From assembly GCA_963727775.1 (NCBI GenBank), contig CAVSHB010000004.1:312589-376588 (forward strand): DNA of 64,000 nucleotides, read 5' to 3'. Positions 10,872 to 20,960 of the stretch are shown piece after piece. How positions within the stretch are numbered: position 1 is the first letter of the stretch; every line of letters starts with the position of its first letter. A program made the translations under genes and the position numbers. The notes beneath the pieces are model-generated. The model ran no database searches. It was not told where the DNA came from and saw only the letters and a program-made list of their open reading frames with translations. This DNA comes from an uncultured Nitrospiraceae bacterium. GTDB taxonomy: Bacteria; Nitrospirota; Thermodesulfovibrionia; Thermodesulfovibrionales; SM23-35.

Positions 10872-11585
10872 ATGATCAACCAACGTGGAAATGTGCATAA
10901 AGAATTGAGCGGCTTCATAAAGTTCCCGCTCTATATATTTGCGTTTTTGCTGTTGGGGTTGATCTTCGGGTATCTAACGTTCATGGGCCTGAGTTTCACA
11001 CGAACAGTTGAGGTGCCGGACCTCCACGGAAAAAGTCTTCTTGAGTCGAACAAACTCCTTGCAAATAACAGTCTGTATCTTAAGATTGAAGGAGAAGATT
11101 ATGATCCTGCTGTTCCGCCCGGCATAATACTCAGACAGGACATCCCTGCCGGAAATAAAGTCAAGGAGCACAGGGGCATAAAAGTCGTAATCAGCAAAGG
11201 TCCAAGGGTAAAATCGGTCCCCATGCTTGTCAATGAAACACTTACAAACGCGGAATCCTTATTGCTACAGCAAGGACTGAAAATGACAAAAGTCATAACA
11301 GTGCATTCAGACGCGGTTGAAAAGGACAAAATTATCGCCCAAAAACCCGGACCCGACGAACAGGTGAGCGACACTATCACGGTGCTCGTCAGCAGAGGAC
11401 CTTATGATAAAGTCTATTTCTGTCCTGACTTCAAGGGAATGCCTTTGGATGAGGCGACCGTTCTCATCAAGAAAATGGGAATGGAACTCGAAATGGAGGG
11501 CTCAGGAGAAAAAGTAGAAAGTCAAAAACCGGACCCGGGAAAACAGATAAAGACCGGAGACAAAATCCACTTGAAGCTTTCCTGA
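10872..11585 (+). CDS. Membrane-anchored PASTA-domain protein
   Basis: N-terminal TM helix, then three PASTA-like repeats (VPDL..Q..PAG..V..SKG). Confidence 0.85.
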   Translation: MINQRGNVHKELSGFIKFPLYIFAFLLLGLIFGYLTFMGLSFTRTVEVPDLHGKSLLESNKLLANNSLYLKIEGEDYDPAVPPGIILRQDIPAGNKVKEHRGIKVVISKGPRVKSVPMLVNETLTNAESLLLQQGLKMTKVITVHSDAVEKDKIIAQKPGPDEQVSDTITVLVSRGPYDKVYFCPDFKGMPLDEATVLIKKMGMELEMEGSGEKVESQKPDPGKQIKTGDKIHLKLS

Positions 11586-11628
11586 ATTTATTTTTATTAT
11601 ATGTATTCTGTACAATAATACTTACACC

Positions 11629-12288
11629 ATGGTAAAAATAGCACCTTCAATACTTTCTGCAAATTTTTTAAAGCTCGGTGAGGAAATAAAAGCAGCCGAG
11701 GCTGCAGGGGCCGATATGCTCCATATCGATATTATGGATGGGCATTTCGTGCCCAATCTGACCATCGGCCCCTTCATAGTGGAGTCCATCCGCAAGGCGA
11801 CCTCTTTACCTCTGGATGTTCATCTTATGATCGAGGACCCGGATAAATATCTCGCAGACTTTATAAGCGCGGGGGCCGACTACCTTACAGTGCATTATGA
11901 GGCAACAGTCCATCTGCACAGGACTGTACAGTGTATAAAGGAAAACGGCGCAAAGGCCGGTGTTTCTCTGAATCCTGCGACCCCTTTATGGAGTCTCGAA
12001 GATATTTTGCAGGACACCGACACAGTTCTTCTGATGTCTGTAAACCCGGGATTTGGAGGGCAGCAATTTATCACTCAGTCTTTGGAGAAAATAAAGATTT
12101 TGAAAAAACTCATCGGAGAGAAAGGATTTTCAACCGTCATTGAGGTTGACGGCGGAGTAAAACTCAATAATGCAGCGGACATTATTTCCGCCGGGGCGGA
12201 GATACTTGTGATGGGGTCCGCCTTCTTTAATTCTAAAAATTATGCAACACTCGTTAAAGACTTCAGAAAAATTGCCGGAAATAGATAG
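11629..12288 (+). CDS. rpe: Ribulose-phosphate 3-epimerase
   Basis: IAPSILSA, HIDIMDGHFVPN, MSVNPGFGGQ, VDGG. Confidence 0.97.
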   Translation: MVKIAPSILSANFLKLGEEIKAAEAAGADMLHIDIMDGHFVPNLTIGPFIVESIRKATSLPLDVHLMIEDPDKYLADFISAGADYLTVHYEATVHLHRTVQCIKENGAKAGVSLNPATPLWSLEDILQDTDTVLLMSVNPGFGGQQFITQSLEKIKILKKLIGEKGFSTVIEVDGGVKLNNAADIISAGAEILVMGSAFFNSKNYATLVKDFRKIAGNR

Positions 12289-13351
12289 CGCCTTTCACCG
12301 CGCTGAAAAGCTTAGAGAAAAGTCATTTTATCTACAGGCCCTCAGACTTTTCAGAAAGGCTCTGCAGGGATATGCCTCAATCCATAATCATGAAGGCGTA
12401 TACAACTGCCTGCTTTCACTTGGAGACACTTACCGGATGGTGGGCAGTTTTGATCTTGCCGTGCAAAGCTATACGGAAGCTATAGACATTGCAGGCGCAT
12501 TCAAGTCTGCAGTTAAGGCTGCCGACGCCAAAGTCGGGTTGGGACTTTCACTCAGGGCGCAGGGCAAATGGAAAGAAGCTTTAAAGCTTATCCGGCAGTC
12601 AAAAAATATTTACAGGAAAAAACAGGACATGCAGGGCGTTGCTTTCACTCTATGGGCTGAAGCAGGGGCGCTGAGAATAAAAGGAGACATTCCAGGAGCA
12701 ATCACTACATACAAACAATCCTATGAGATATTTAAAAACTTGAAAGACAATCAGGGGGTCGGTTATTGTCTCTGCGGTCTCGGCGGAGCATCCCGCATCG
12801 CAGGCCTTTTTAAAGATTCCCTTAAATATTATCTCTCCGCGAACAGGCTCTTCTCTAAAACGGGGGACACTTTCGGGACGGCCTACTCATATTGCGGGAT
12901 CGGAAATGCTTACAGGATGCTCCGGGATTTCAGGAATGCCTTTGACCACTTCGCAAAGGCTATCAGGATATATAAGAAAATTGGAGATAAAGTAAGTTTC
13001 GCATATACTCTATGGGGCCTGAGTACGGCATATAAAATGGTAGGCAAATTAGAAGTTTCTCATGATCACCTTCTGAAGGCAATGGCACTCTTTAAAATGA
13101 CAAAAGATCCGAGGGGCGTGATTTATTGCAGACTCGGGCTCGGAGAAATTGCCCTGATCAAAGGCAGGAAGGCCGTTGCGCAGAGGCATCTTTCCACCGC
13201 ACAAACAGGGTTGAACGAATATAATTTCGCAGTGGAGAAATGCTTTGCAAAAACACTCATATCTTCTATCAGCGGAGAATTTGATAATACATGTTATAAT
13301 CGGCTTGGGCTAAAACTCTCTTTTCAGGAATTGCCCTTGAATATCCCGTAA
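12272..13351 (+). CDS. Tetratricopeptide-repeat protein
   Basis: Repeated ~40-aa helical units (A..L..LG..YR..G....A...Y..A). Start uncertain (TTG 12272 or ATG 12242). Confidence 0.8.
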   Translation: MPEIDSAFHRAEKLREKSFYLQALRLFRKALQGYASIHNHEGVYNCLLSLGDTYRMVGSFDLAVQSYTEAIDIAGAFKSAVKAADAKVGLGLSLRAQGKWKEALKLIRQSKNIYRKKQDMQGVAFTLWAEAGALRIKGDIPGAITTYKQSYEIFKNLKDNQGVGYCLCGLGGASRIAGLFKDSLKYYLSANRLFSKTGDTFGTAYSYCGIGNAYRMLRDFRNAFDHFAKAIRIYKKIGDKVSFAYTLWGLSTAYKMVGKLEVSHDHLLKAMALFKMTKDPRGVIYCRLGLGEIALIKGRKAVAQRHLSTAQTGLNEYNFAVEKCFAKTLISSISGEFDNTCYNRLGLKLSFQELPLNIP

Positions 13352-13475
13352 TACTTTTTGGATAATTTGCAGTGAAGATAAATTTCTCAATACTGAATTC
13401 TAAACAACTCACTGATAAGCGTTTTGGATTTGGATATTGCGGTCTGAGTTCTATTAAAAATTGGGGGGATTAACT

Positions 13476-14012
13476 GTGGGGGTATTGAATATACCCAACA
13501 CACTCACGCTAACAAGGATAGTCATCATTCCCGTATTCGTTACTTCGATACTCTACAGACGCTATGACTATTCGCTATATCTGTTCATAACCGCCGCGTT
13601 AACGGATATGTTCGACGGTCTTTTTGCGCGCCTCAAAAATCAGAAGACTGCACTGGGAACATTTCTCGACCCTTTGGCGGATAAATTCCTGCTTGTTACG
13701 GGATTTATTATATTGTCCATTAACGGTTGGATACCCAAATGGCTCACCATAATGGTTATAAGCAGGGATATCATCGTCATCATTGGCTGGTTTCTCCTTT
13801 ATCTCATTTACGGCAGGTCCAAGGTCGAACCGTCAGCTCTCGGCAAGATTGCCATCTTAATGCAGAGCTTACTCATCGCCTATGTCCTTTTAAATATAAA
13901 TAACTTTTTGCCCGTTATCCCGCGTATTTTTCTATCGGCAACAGCGGGAATTACTATATTGTCCGGGCTTCATTACATATACAAGGGGTTGAACCTAACG
14001 CATGCAGACTGA
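13476..14012 (+). CDS. pgsA: CDP-alcohol phosphatidyltransferase (PgsA-like)
   Basis: NIPNTLT, TDMFDGLFAR, LGTFLDPLADK. Confidence 0.85.
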   Translation: MGVLNIPNTLTLTRIVIIPVFVTSILYRRYDYSLYLFITAALTDMFDGLFARLKNQKTALGTFLDPLADKFLLVTGFIILSINGWIPKWLTIMVISRDIIVIIGWFLLYLIYGRSKVEPSALGKIAILMQSLLIAYVLLNINNFLPVIPRIFLSATAGITILSGLHYIYKGLNLTHAD

Positions 14013-15294
14013 ACACGGGTTAAAGATAGACATTATTCATCAGGGAAGTCCCGCTGAAAAATCCGGCCTTATCCCCGGGGATATACTCCTCTCCATAAAC
14101 GCTCATAAACTGCGTGACGTTCTTGACTTCTTTTTTTACAGCGCCGATGATGAGCTTTCTTTGAAGGTAAAGCGCGCTGAAAACATTTTTACTGTCCAGA
14201 TACCGGGGACAAACAGGAAAAAATTGGGAATTGAATTTAAACCGGTTAAGGTTATGACCTGTAAAAACAATTGCATATTCTGTTTTGTAAAGCAGCTTCC
14301 GAAAGGGTTAAGAAAAACGCTGTATGTAAAAGACGAGGACTACAGATTGTCCTTCCTGTACGGAAACTACATTACATTGTCGAACCTGAGCAGGGAAGAC
14401 AAGAAACGTATCGTCGAACAGAGGTTAAGCCCGCTCTATATTTCGGTCCATTCGACAAACAGGACATTAAGGAACAAGCTCCTTGGAAATGCAAAAGGAC
14501 CTGACATCCTGAAGGAACTTAAGTTCCTGACGGATAATAAGGTAAGGTTTAATGCCCAGGTCGTCCTTTGTCCCGGTTACAACGACGGGAAGGAATTACA
14601 ACAGACCATCAGCAATCTTTACAGGTTTCATCCCTATGTTTTGTCCATCGCGGTCGTGCCTGTCGGCCTTACAATATACAGGAAAAATACCGTCCGGTCC
14701 GTTGAGAAAGCGGACGCTGAAAGCGCAATTCGCATTATAGAATCATTCCAGAAAAGATTCATAAAGAAGCACGGGAATCCGATTGTATATGGGGCGGATG
14801 AACTCTATCTGAAGGCAGAGCTTCCCTTGCCTCCTTTGAAGGCATATGGAGAACTCCACCAGATAGAAAATGGAGTCGGCATGGTCCCGCTTTTCATGAG
14901 CCAGGCAAAAAAAATAAAGTCTTTAAAGATGTCCTCGGGGAAAATGAGAGCTCTCACCTTTACCGGCTTATCGTTTTATCCATTTCTGATAAAATTTATT
15001 GAAAGGCTTTCCGACAAAGAAACCCCTGCTGTCGATTTGGTACCTGTCGAGAACAAATTTTTCGGGTCCCCCATTACTGTCGCGGGTCTTCTCACGGGAA
15101 GAGACGTAATAAAAACCGTACTGGACAGGACAGAAGGACATGAAACGATACTTGTTCCTGATGTCGTCCTTAATGAGGAAGACAGGTTCCTGGATGATAT
15201 CAGTTTAAGCGATGTGGGAGATGCGCTCGGCATTCGCGCCATGAAAATCGCATCAACTCCGGAGGGACTGATAAAAGGCCTTGCAGGGGCATGA
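14002..15294 (+). CDS. PDZ + radical-SAM-like DUF512 protein
   Basis: N-terminal PDZ (GSPAEKSGL.PGD), CKNNCIFC, KDEDYRLSFLYGNY, ENGVG, VAGLLTG. Confidence 0.85.
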   Translation: MQTEHGLKIDIIHQGSPAEKSGLIPGDILLSINAHKLRDVLDFFFYSADDELSLKVKRAENIFTVQIPGTNRKKLGIEFKPVKVMTCKNNCIFCFVKQLPKGLRKTLYVKDEDYRLSFLYGNYITLSNLSREDKKRIVEQRLSPLYISVHSTNRTLRNKLLGNAKGPDILKELKFLTDNKVRFNAQVVLCPGYNDGKELQQTISNLYRFHPYVLSIAVVPVGLTIYRKNTVRSVEKADAESAIRIIESFQKRFIKKHGNPIVYGADELYLKAELPLPPLKAYGELHQIENGVGMVPLFMSQAKKIKSLKMSSGKMRALTFTGLSFYPFLIKFIERLSDKETPAVDLVPVENKFFGSPITVAGLLTGRDVIKTVLDRTEGHETILVPDVVLNEEDRFLDDISLSDVGDALGIRAMKIASTPEGLIKGLAGA

Positions 15295-15391
15295 TAAGAC
15301 ATGAAATACATTAAACTGTGTTAGCAATTTTTTAAAAGTGAACTCTTTAAGAATTAAAAGTGAACCCTTGTTAAAGGACGGAATAGGAAGG

Positions 15392-15436
15392 AAATGAACG
15401 AAGTGAAAGAGTGCGTTTTTCACTTCGTTCATTTTT
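15392..15436. terminator. Hairpin downstream of the transposase, inside the IS end
   Basis: AAATGAACGAAGTGAAA / TTTCACTTCGTTCATTT inverted repeat. Confidence 0.55.
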
Positions 15437-15439
15437 GCT

Positions 15440-16696
15440 TTACCATATCGGCAAATTCAAATCCTTATTTTTAGCTCGTTGGACGTCAACGAGGTGGCCG
15501 TTGCACCAGAATCTGACTTCAGAGAGAATCTTGTTCATGGGATAAATGCGGATATTCACCTTTTCACCTGGGGTAACATGATTAATTTTCAGGACCAGGT
15601 TATTGATGGATATTCTACGGTGAGAATCAACAGTTCTGTTAAGCCTTAGACAAAATATATCTTTGGGGGATTGATAGGGAGGGATAACTTTGAACCGTCT
15701 AAAAAGGGACGTACCTTCTTTTAATGCTTTTTGGAATCTGAAATATGGGACTTCCTGAATTGTGGAATGTACCTGACGGTAATTATATCTGTGGATTTCC
15801 TGATTGAGTATAGTTTGCGCTCGACTTATATCAGCCACATCTTCTCTGACACATGTTCTGACAAGTCTATCTTGGAGCCATTGATAAGGCCGTTCAATCT
15901 TCCCTTTTGCTTGGAGAGATAATGCATAGATGATTTTTACGTTGCAGTCATATAGAACCTGCTTCCATTGAGGGTCTGCTTCATCAGTTATCTTATGATG
16001 CTTGCGCCAGAAAGAGTCTCTGCCCTGCACAAACCGGAAGATAGAGTGTGAATCAACATAATAGGAGAAGGGTAAGCCGTGTGTAAGGATCAGGCTTTCC
16101 AGAGCGAGGATATGTGCCCACGAGGTTTCCTTCTTCAGCAATTTTGCGTAGAGGATATAACGGCTGTAATCATCCAGAGAAGTGATCAAATACCATTTCT
16201 CTTGCGCGTTCGGTGCCCAAAGGTGATAGGAGGAATCATGCTGGATCAATTCCCCGGCATAGTTGGTCAATACTTCCCGGTCATGAACGGTTCTTTTTGG
16301 CTTCCTCAGATAAAAGTCGTTCTTCTTGGCTCTGTCAATGATCGTAGATAGAGCCACCGTCTGCTTATATTGCCTTTCCAGACGATCTTTGATATAGCTG
16401 TAGTTGTAAGAGCGGACGGGTACATCTTTGTCCTCTATCAACTTCTTCTCAATTACTAATTCTTTTAAAATATTGAATTCTACCGCTTCGGGTATCGCTC
16501 GGGTTTTGCCTTTCCGTACATACTGTATCGTGAATGCGGAAGGATTATAACGATATGCTTTTACTAAAGCAAAGAACCTTGTTTTGTTAATCCCAAGAAT
16601 CTCTTGGAGATATTTTCTCCCTACCTCTTCCCTTAGATATTTCTCGATCAGTTCCTTGACTTGTTCATCGGTGAACTTCCTGTGTAACTGTGTCAA
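15440..16696 (-). CDS. DDE transposase (rve-type)
   Basis: QHDSS, YVDSHSIF, AKGKIER motifs; TTG start with SD AGGAGG. Confidence 0.9.
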   Translation of the reverse strand: MTQLHRKFTDEQVKELIEKYLREEVGRKYLQEILGINKTRFFALVKAYRYNPSAFTIQYVRKGKTRAIPEAVEFNILKELVIEKKLIEDKDVPVRSYNYSYIKDRLERQYKQTVALSTIIDRAKKNDFYLRKPKRTVHDREVLTNYAGELIQHDSSYHLWAPNAQEKWYLITSLDDYSRYILYAKLLKKETSWAHILALESLILTHGLPFSYYVDSHSIFRFVQGRDSFWRKHHKITDEADPQWKQVLYDCNVKIIYALSLQAKGKIERPYQWLQDRLVRTCVREDVADISRAQTILNQEIHRYNYRQVHSTIQEVPYFRFQKALKEGTSLFRRFKVIPPYQSPKDIFCLRLNRTVDSHRRISINNLVLKINHVTPGEKVNIRIYPMNKILSEVRFWCNGHLVDVQRAKNKDLNLPIW

Positions 16697-16850
16697 AATA
16701 CGAGCCTCCTTTTTTGATGCTCATATTACACTTTCTCAGGTGTTCACTTTTAATTCATAAATTCGATTATAACGGTTCACTTTTAATTCGTAACTGACAG
16801 AAATACATTAAACTGTTGACAGTCTTCATATTACATGATAAGATTTTTAT

Positions 16851-17567
16851 ATGAGATGTATAGCTGTTTTATTTTTGAGCATCCTGTTTATCTCTACCAC
16901 TGCATTTGCGGACATCTATAAATACGTTGATGAAAACGGTGTGGTTTGCTATACCGATGCCCCATTGAATAAAAAGGCCCATAAGATACACAAAGAAAAT
17001 TCTAATTCTCCGGCCATACAACAGAAACATTCCAGAGCGGAAACCAAAAAAAATACGGATTATCATGATATCGTATTTGAAAAGGCTGCGACCTATGATG
17101 TAGACCCCTCACTTATTAAGGCCGTAATAAAGACTGAATCCAACTGGAACGACAGGGCCGTATCAAGGAAAGGCGCTATGGGGCTGATGCAACTCATGCC
17201 TTCTACAGCGAATGATATGAACGTCAGAAACCCGTTCGATCCGGAAGAAAACATTGAAGGTGGAACAAAGTACCTGAAATACCTTCTCGGCAAGTTCAAC
17301 GGCGATCTTACTTTGGCGCTTGCTGCATATAATGCAGGTCCGAAAACCGTTGAAAAGTTCGGTTATGTCCCGCCGATCACAGAGACGATCCAATATGTTA
17401 AAAAAGTCCTTTCTCATTATGATGGAAGGTCGATATACGTTCCTTCGGTAAGTGACCCATCAACGAATGCGAACAAAAGAGAGCCGATTTATAAAATAGT
17501 TTTGGATGACGGCTCTGTGATGTTCACTAATTCTTCCCTTTTCTCGAAAAATACCGCCAGGTTCTAA
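16851..17567 (+). CDS. Lytic transglycosylase (DUF4124 + SLT domain), secreted
   Basis: Signal peptide, IYKYVDENG, ESNW, GAMGLMQLMP, AAYNAG. Promoter TTGACA(16816)-17-TAAGAT lies 6 nt before the ATG. Confidence 0.9.
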   Translation: MRCIAVLFLSILFISTTAFADIYKYVDENGVVCYTDAPLNKKAHKIHKENSNSPAIQQKHSRAETKKNTDYHDIVFEKAATYDVDPSLIKAVIKTESNWNDRAVSRKGAMGLMQLMPSTANDMNVRNPFDPEENIEGGTKYLKYLLGKFNGDLTLALAAYNAGPKTVEKFGYVPPITETIQYVKKVLSHYDGRSIYVPSVSDPSTNANKREPIYKIVLDDGSVMFTNSSLFSKNTARF

Positions 17568-18554
17568 ATGCAGTCTGATAAGACCCTCCTCCGGGCAAAG
17601 ATTCTTGAGCTGAAAGAGAAAAGGCATGCCATAATCATTGCTCATAATTACCAGCGGGACGAGGTCCAGGAAATCGCCGATTTTACGGGCGATTCACTCG
17701 AACTTTCCAGGACTGCTTCCACAATAGATTGTGAAGTCATCGTTTTTGCCGGAGTCAATTTCATGGCGGAAAGCGCTTCAATTTTGTGCCCGGACAAGAC
17801 CGTCCTCCTTACAGAAATCGATGCAGGGTGTCCTATGGCGGACATGATACACGTCGATGCCCCGAGATGGGAAAGAAAAAGCTTTCCAGGTTTTAAGAAC
17901 CCTCCGCCATATATATACCCGAAAGAATTCACTTTAAAAGATATAAAGGAGCAGTATCCCGGCGTCCCTGTCGTCGCCTATGTGAATACCACCGCTGATG
18001 TTAAGGCTGAAAGCGATATATGTTGCACATCTGCAAACATAGTGAAAGTCCTCGAGTCATTGCCAGAGGATACTGTTATTTCAATACCGGACAAAAACCT
18101 GTCTCTGTGGGCGCAAAAGAACACGAAGAAAAAGGTCATTGCCTGGGACGGATTTTGCCATGTGCATGAAAGAGTACAACCTGAAGATGTGGAAAAGGCG
18201 AGGAAAGAACATCCCGGCGCATTGGTCATGGCCCATCCGGAATGCAGGCTTGAGGTGCTCGAGATGGCGGATCATGTAACGAGCACTTCCGGTATGCTCA
18301 GATTCGCAAAGGCATCCCCTGAGACAAAGTTTATTGTAGGGACAGAGACAGGGCTACTGTACCGGTTAAGAAAAGAAAACCCTGATAAACTTTTCTATCC
18401 GCTGAGGAAAGACATGATATGTCCGAACATGAAAAAGACTACACTCGAAAGCGTACTCAGGTCCCTGGAGGAAAAAACTTATGTTATTAAAGTGCCCGAG
18501 GAAATAAGAATTCCTGCAAAGAAGGCATTGGACAGAATGCTCGAGATAAAGTAA
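17568..18554 (+). CDS. nadA: Quinolinate synthase
   Basis: AHNYQ, GDSLELS, AGCPMA, YVNT, CHVH, HPEC, CPNMK. Confidence 0.96.
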   Translation: MQSDKTLLRAKILELKEKRHAIIIAHNYQRDEVQEIADFTGDSLELSRTASTIDCEVIVFAGVNFMAESASILCPDKTVLLTEIDAGCPMADMIHVDAPRWERKSFPGFKNPPPYIYPKEFTLKDIKEQYPGVPVVAYVNTTADVKAESDICCTSANIVKVLESLPEDTVISIPDKNLSLWAQKNTKKKVIAWDGFCHVHERVQPEDVEKARKEHPGALVMAHPECRLEVLEMADHVTSTSGMLRFAKASPETKFIVGTETGLLYRLRKENPDKLFYPLRKDMICPNMKKTTLESVLRSLEEKTYVIKVPEEIRIPAKKALDRMLEIK

Positions 18555-18568
18555 GGGACCAAGAAATC

Positions 18569-18946
18569 GTGGATTTTTTCTACAGGATCGCGGAAAGAAG
18601 GATTGCGGAAGCCATACAAAACGGCGAGTTCGATGACCTTGAAGGAAAGGGAAAGCCTCTGGTGCTGGACGATGAGACCTGGATACCGGAAGATCTGAGA
18701 ATTGCTTACAAGTTCTTAAAGAATGCGGGCTGTATTCCTCCCGAGCTTGAGGAGAGGAATGAAGTGATAAATATGTTCTCATTGATGAATACCATCGATG
18801 ATGACAAGGAGCGGCTCAAGAAAATCAGGCAACTGAATTTCATGCTCTTAAAACTAAATCTGAACCGGAAAAAACCTCTTACCTTCGAAGATTTCCCTGA
18901 ATACGAAAATAAACTGGCCGACAGACTGACAGGGGACAGGACATAA
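18569..18946 (+). CDS. DUF1992 (DnaJ C28-like) protein
   Basis: IAERRIAEAIQNGEFDDLEGKGKPL, LKNAG..PPE. Confidence 0.85.
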   Translation: MDFFYRIAERRIAEAIQNGEFDDLEGKGKPLVLDDETWIPEDLRIAYKFLKNAGCIPPELEERNEVINMFSLMNTIDDDKERLKKIRQLNFMLLKLNLNRKKPLTFEDFPEYENKLADRLTGDRT

Positions 18947-19207
18947 TAGTCCGGTCCCACCTCGGAGCTCCGTTCACTATTTACAGAGTCACCCACAGGC
19001 TACGACGGATTGTCAAATTACCGACAACTTGGCTGACATTTTTGTTCAGAAAATAATTTTCTATTAACTATGCCCGCCGTGCATATCCCGGTGAAACATG
19101 CCACTCATTCCGCTGGTAAATGGGAAACAACGCCATTGCATTACAAAGACAACTTCGTTAAGTACACCTTATGATATACTGGATAAAATTGTATTTTCCA
19201 ATGAGCA

Positions 19208-19810
19208 ATGAACCTCCCCGCCGCAGAGACGGCGGGGTATCTCGGAAAACTCTCACCAGCGATGGCATCTTTAAATTTTGAACAGTTTTAGCTGACCTGT
19301 GCGCCGCTCTATTTCAGACTTATCCAAAGTCTGATTCCTTATGTATCGCTTAATCACTTCTTCATTTGTTGCATCCCCGACCGTTCCTATGTCCTTGCCG
19401 TCACTCCAGAATTCTCCACCCCACAATTCTACTTTCTTCATCTTCGGAAATTCTTCGAATACTCGTTTCGCCGTTATCGACTTAATTACGTTCAGCACCT
19501 GACTCGGGCTATATTGCGGTTGAGCACCGCAGAAGATATGTATATGATCCTCATCAAATCCAATTTCATCGATTACAATATTGTACCGTTCAGTAATTCC
19601 CCTCATTGTCTCTCTGATACATTTCTCAACTTCCTCATTCAACAAAACCTTACGGTACTTTACAGCAGTCACCAAATGGTATCGAATCTTATAGACCGCA
19701 TGAGGCCTCTTTCCCAGTTCCATTGTAACAGCATTATAATCCCCCAAACCCCCTTTTCAAAAGGGGGTTCACGGTTTCCCCCCCGCAGAGACAGCGGGGT
19801 TTATAATTTA
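19208..19810 (-). mobile_element. IS200/IS605-family tnpA-only element, copy 1 (603 bp)
   Basis: Subterminal hairpins at both ends. Near-identical to 52808-53410, and the boundaries are set by where the two copies stop matching. Target TTAAT lies 5' of the left end; the right end is TTCAT. Confidence 0.9.
19271..19723 (-). CDS. tnpA: Y1 HUH transposase TnpA
   Basis: YHLV..VKYR, DHIH (HUH), KS.TA, FWS.G, YIRNQ catalytic Tyr. Confidence 0.92.
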   Translation of the reverse strand: MELGKRPHAVYKIRYHLVTAVKYRKVLLNEEVEKCIRETMRGITERYNIVIDEIGFDEDHIHIFCGAQPQYSPSQVLNVIKSITAKRVFEEFPKMKKVELWGGEFWSDGKDIGTVGDATNEEVIKRYIRNQTLDKSEIERRTGQLKLFKI

Positions 19811-19820
19811 ATTAATACTA

Positions 19821-20960
19821 ATGATTAAAATAATGATAGTCATCCATAGCCTGAAGGGAGGCGGTGCAGAAAGGGTGGTCGTAAACTTGCTGAAGGGCTT
19901 AAGTAGAAGAGACTTCTCCATGTCACTCTTATTATATGAGGGTACATTTGATTATCTTCTTCCAGAAGACGTTGAGGTTATCACATTAGATATACCGTCA
20001 AGCAGAAATATTTTAAAGACAACAAGAGGCTTTATTTTGAAAATTATCTCGTTTTCCCGTTTAATAAAAAAGAACAAACCTGATATTATTTTTAGTCTTT
20101 TGAGTGGTACGAATGTCGTCGCAATTTTAGCAAGATCACTATCGGGGGTGCATAGTAAAGTAATAGTAAGCGAGAGAAACCATCCCTCCCTAAGTCTCAA
20201 GAACGAACTGTATGGTGGAACCACAAAACTTCTTATGAAAAGATTTTATCCAAAGGCAGAAAAGATAATAGCAATATCTCAGGGGATTAAAGAGGATTTA
20301 ATTAAAAACTTTAATCTTTCCGCAGAAAAAATAGAGGTTATTTACAACCCCGTGGACATAAAGGAGATTGAAACACTTTCAGCAGAAGAGCTAAGTCATC
20401 CGTGGTTTAACGATGGTCTGCCAATAATTATTTCAGTTGGACGACTCACATATCAAAAGGGCCATTCCCATTTAATAAAGGTTTTTTCTATAGTAAGGCA
20501 GTCTCTTCCATGTAGGTTGTTCATCGTTGGCACGGGAGAAGAAGAAGAAGAAAATCTCATGAACATGGTAAATGCACTGGGCCTGAAAAATGACGTGGAA
20601 TTTTTAGGCTTTCAAAGAAACCCTTTCAAATATATGGCAAGGTCATCGCTTTTTGTTTTGTCATCTCTCTATGAAGGTTTTGGCAACGTCATAGTGGAAG
20701 GTATGGCGTTGGGATTACCAGTTATCGCCACAGACTGTCCCTCAGGCCCTTCTGAAATAATAGAGCATGGAAAGAATGGACTCTTGGTTCCGCTAAAAGA
20801 CGAAAGAGCGTTAGCGCAGGCAATTTTATATGTACTAACGAATGATGAGCTGAGGAAAAAATTATCCAATGAAGCCAAGACGAGAGCGCAGTTTTTTGCT
20901 TTGAACAAAAGAGTAGAACAATATAGCGACGTTTTTCTCCGAACTTCTCAGGATCAATGA
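19821..20960 (+). CDS. Glycosyltransferase family 4
   Basis: GGGAER, VGRL..QKG, SSLYEGFGNVIVEGMALG, DCPSGP; AT-rich relative to neighbours. Confidence 0.92.
   Translation: MIKIMIVIHSLKGGGAERVVVNLLKGLSRRDFSMSLLLYEGTFDYLLPEDVEVITLDIPSSRNILKTTRGFILKIISFSRLIKKNKPDIIFSLLSGTNVVAILARSLSGVHSKVIVSERNHPSLSLKNELYGGTTKLLMKRFYPKAEKIIAISQGIKEDLIKNFNLSAEKIEVIYNPVDIKEIETLSAEELSHPWFNDGLPIIISVGRLTYQKGHSHLIKVFSIVRQSLPCRLFIVGTGEEEEENLMNMVNALGLKNDVEFLGFQRNPFKYMARSSLFVLSSLYEGFGNVIVEGMALGLPVIATDCPSGPSEIIEHGKNGLLVPLKDERALAQAILYVLTNDELRKKLSNEAKTRAQFFALNKRVEQYSDVFLRTSQDQ

Larger units (their letters stand above)
15319..16799 (-). mobile_element. IS1202-family (ISNCY/IS481-related) insertion sequence with 16-bp target duplication
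   Basis: TGT...ACA ends. Imperfect 25-bp IRs (TGTTAGCAATTTTTTAAAAGTGAAC / TGTCAGTTACGAATTAAAAGTGAAC) with AAAAGTGAAC repeated at both ends. Flanking direct repeat GAAATACATTAAACTG at 15303-15318 and 16800-16815. Confidence 0.85.

Noticed and set aside
15290..15330. XerCD dif-like target for the IS1202-type element
   Set aside because: No convincing 11-6-11 dif consensus next to the insertion, and the duplication is long rather than 5-6 bp.
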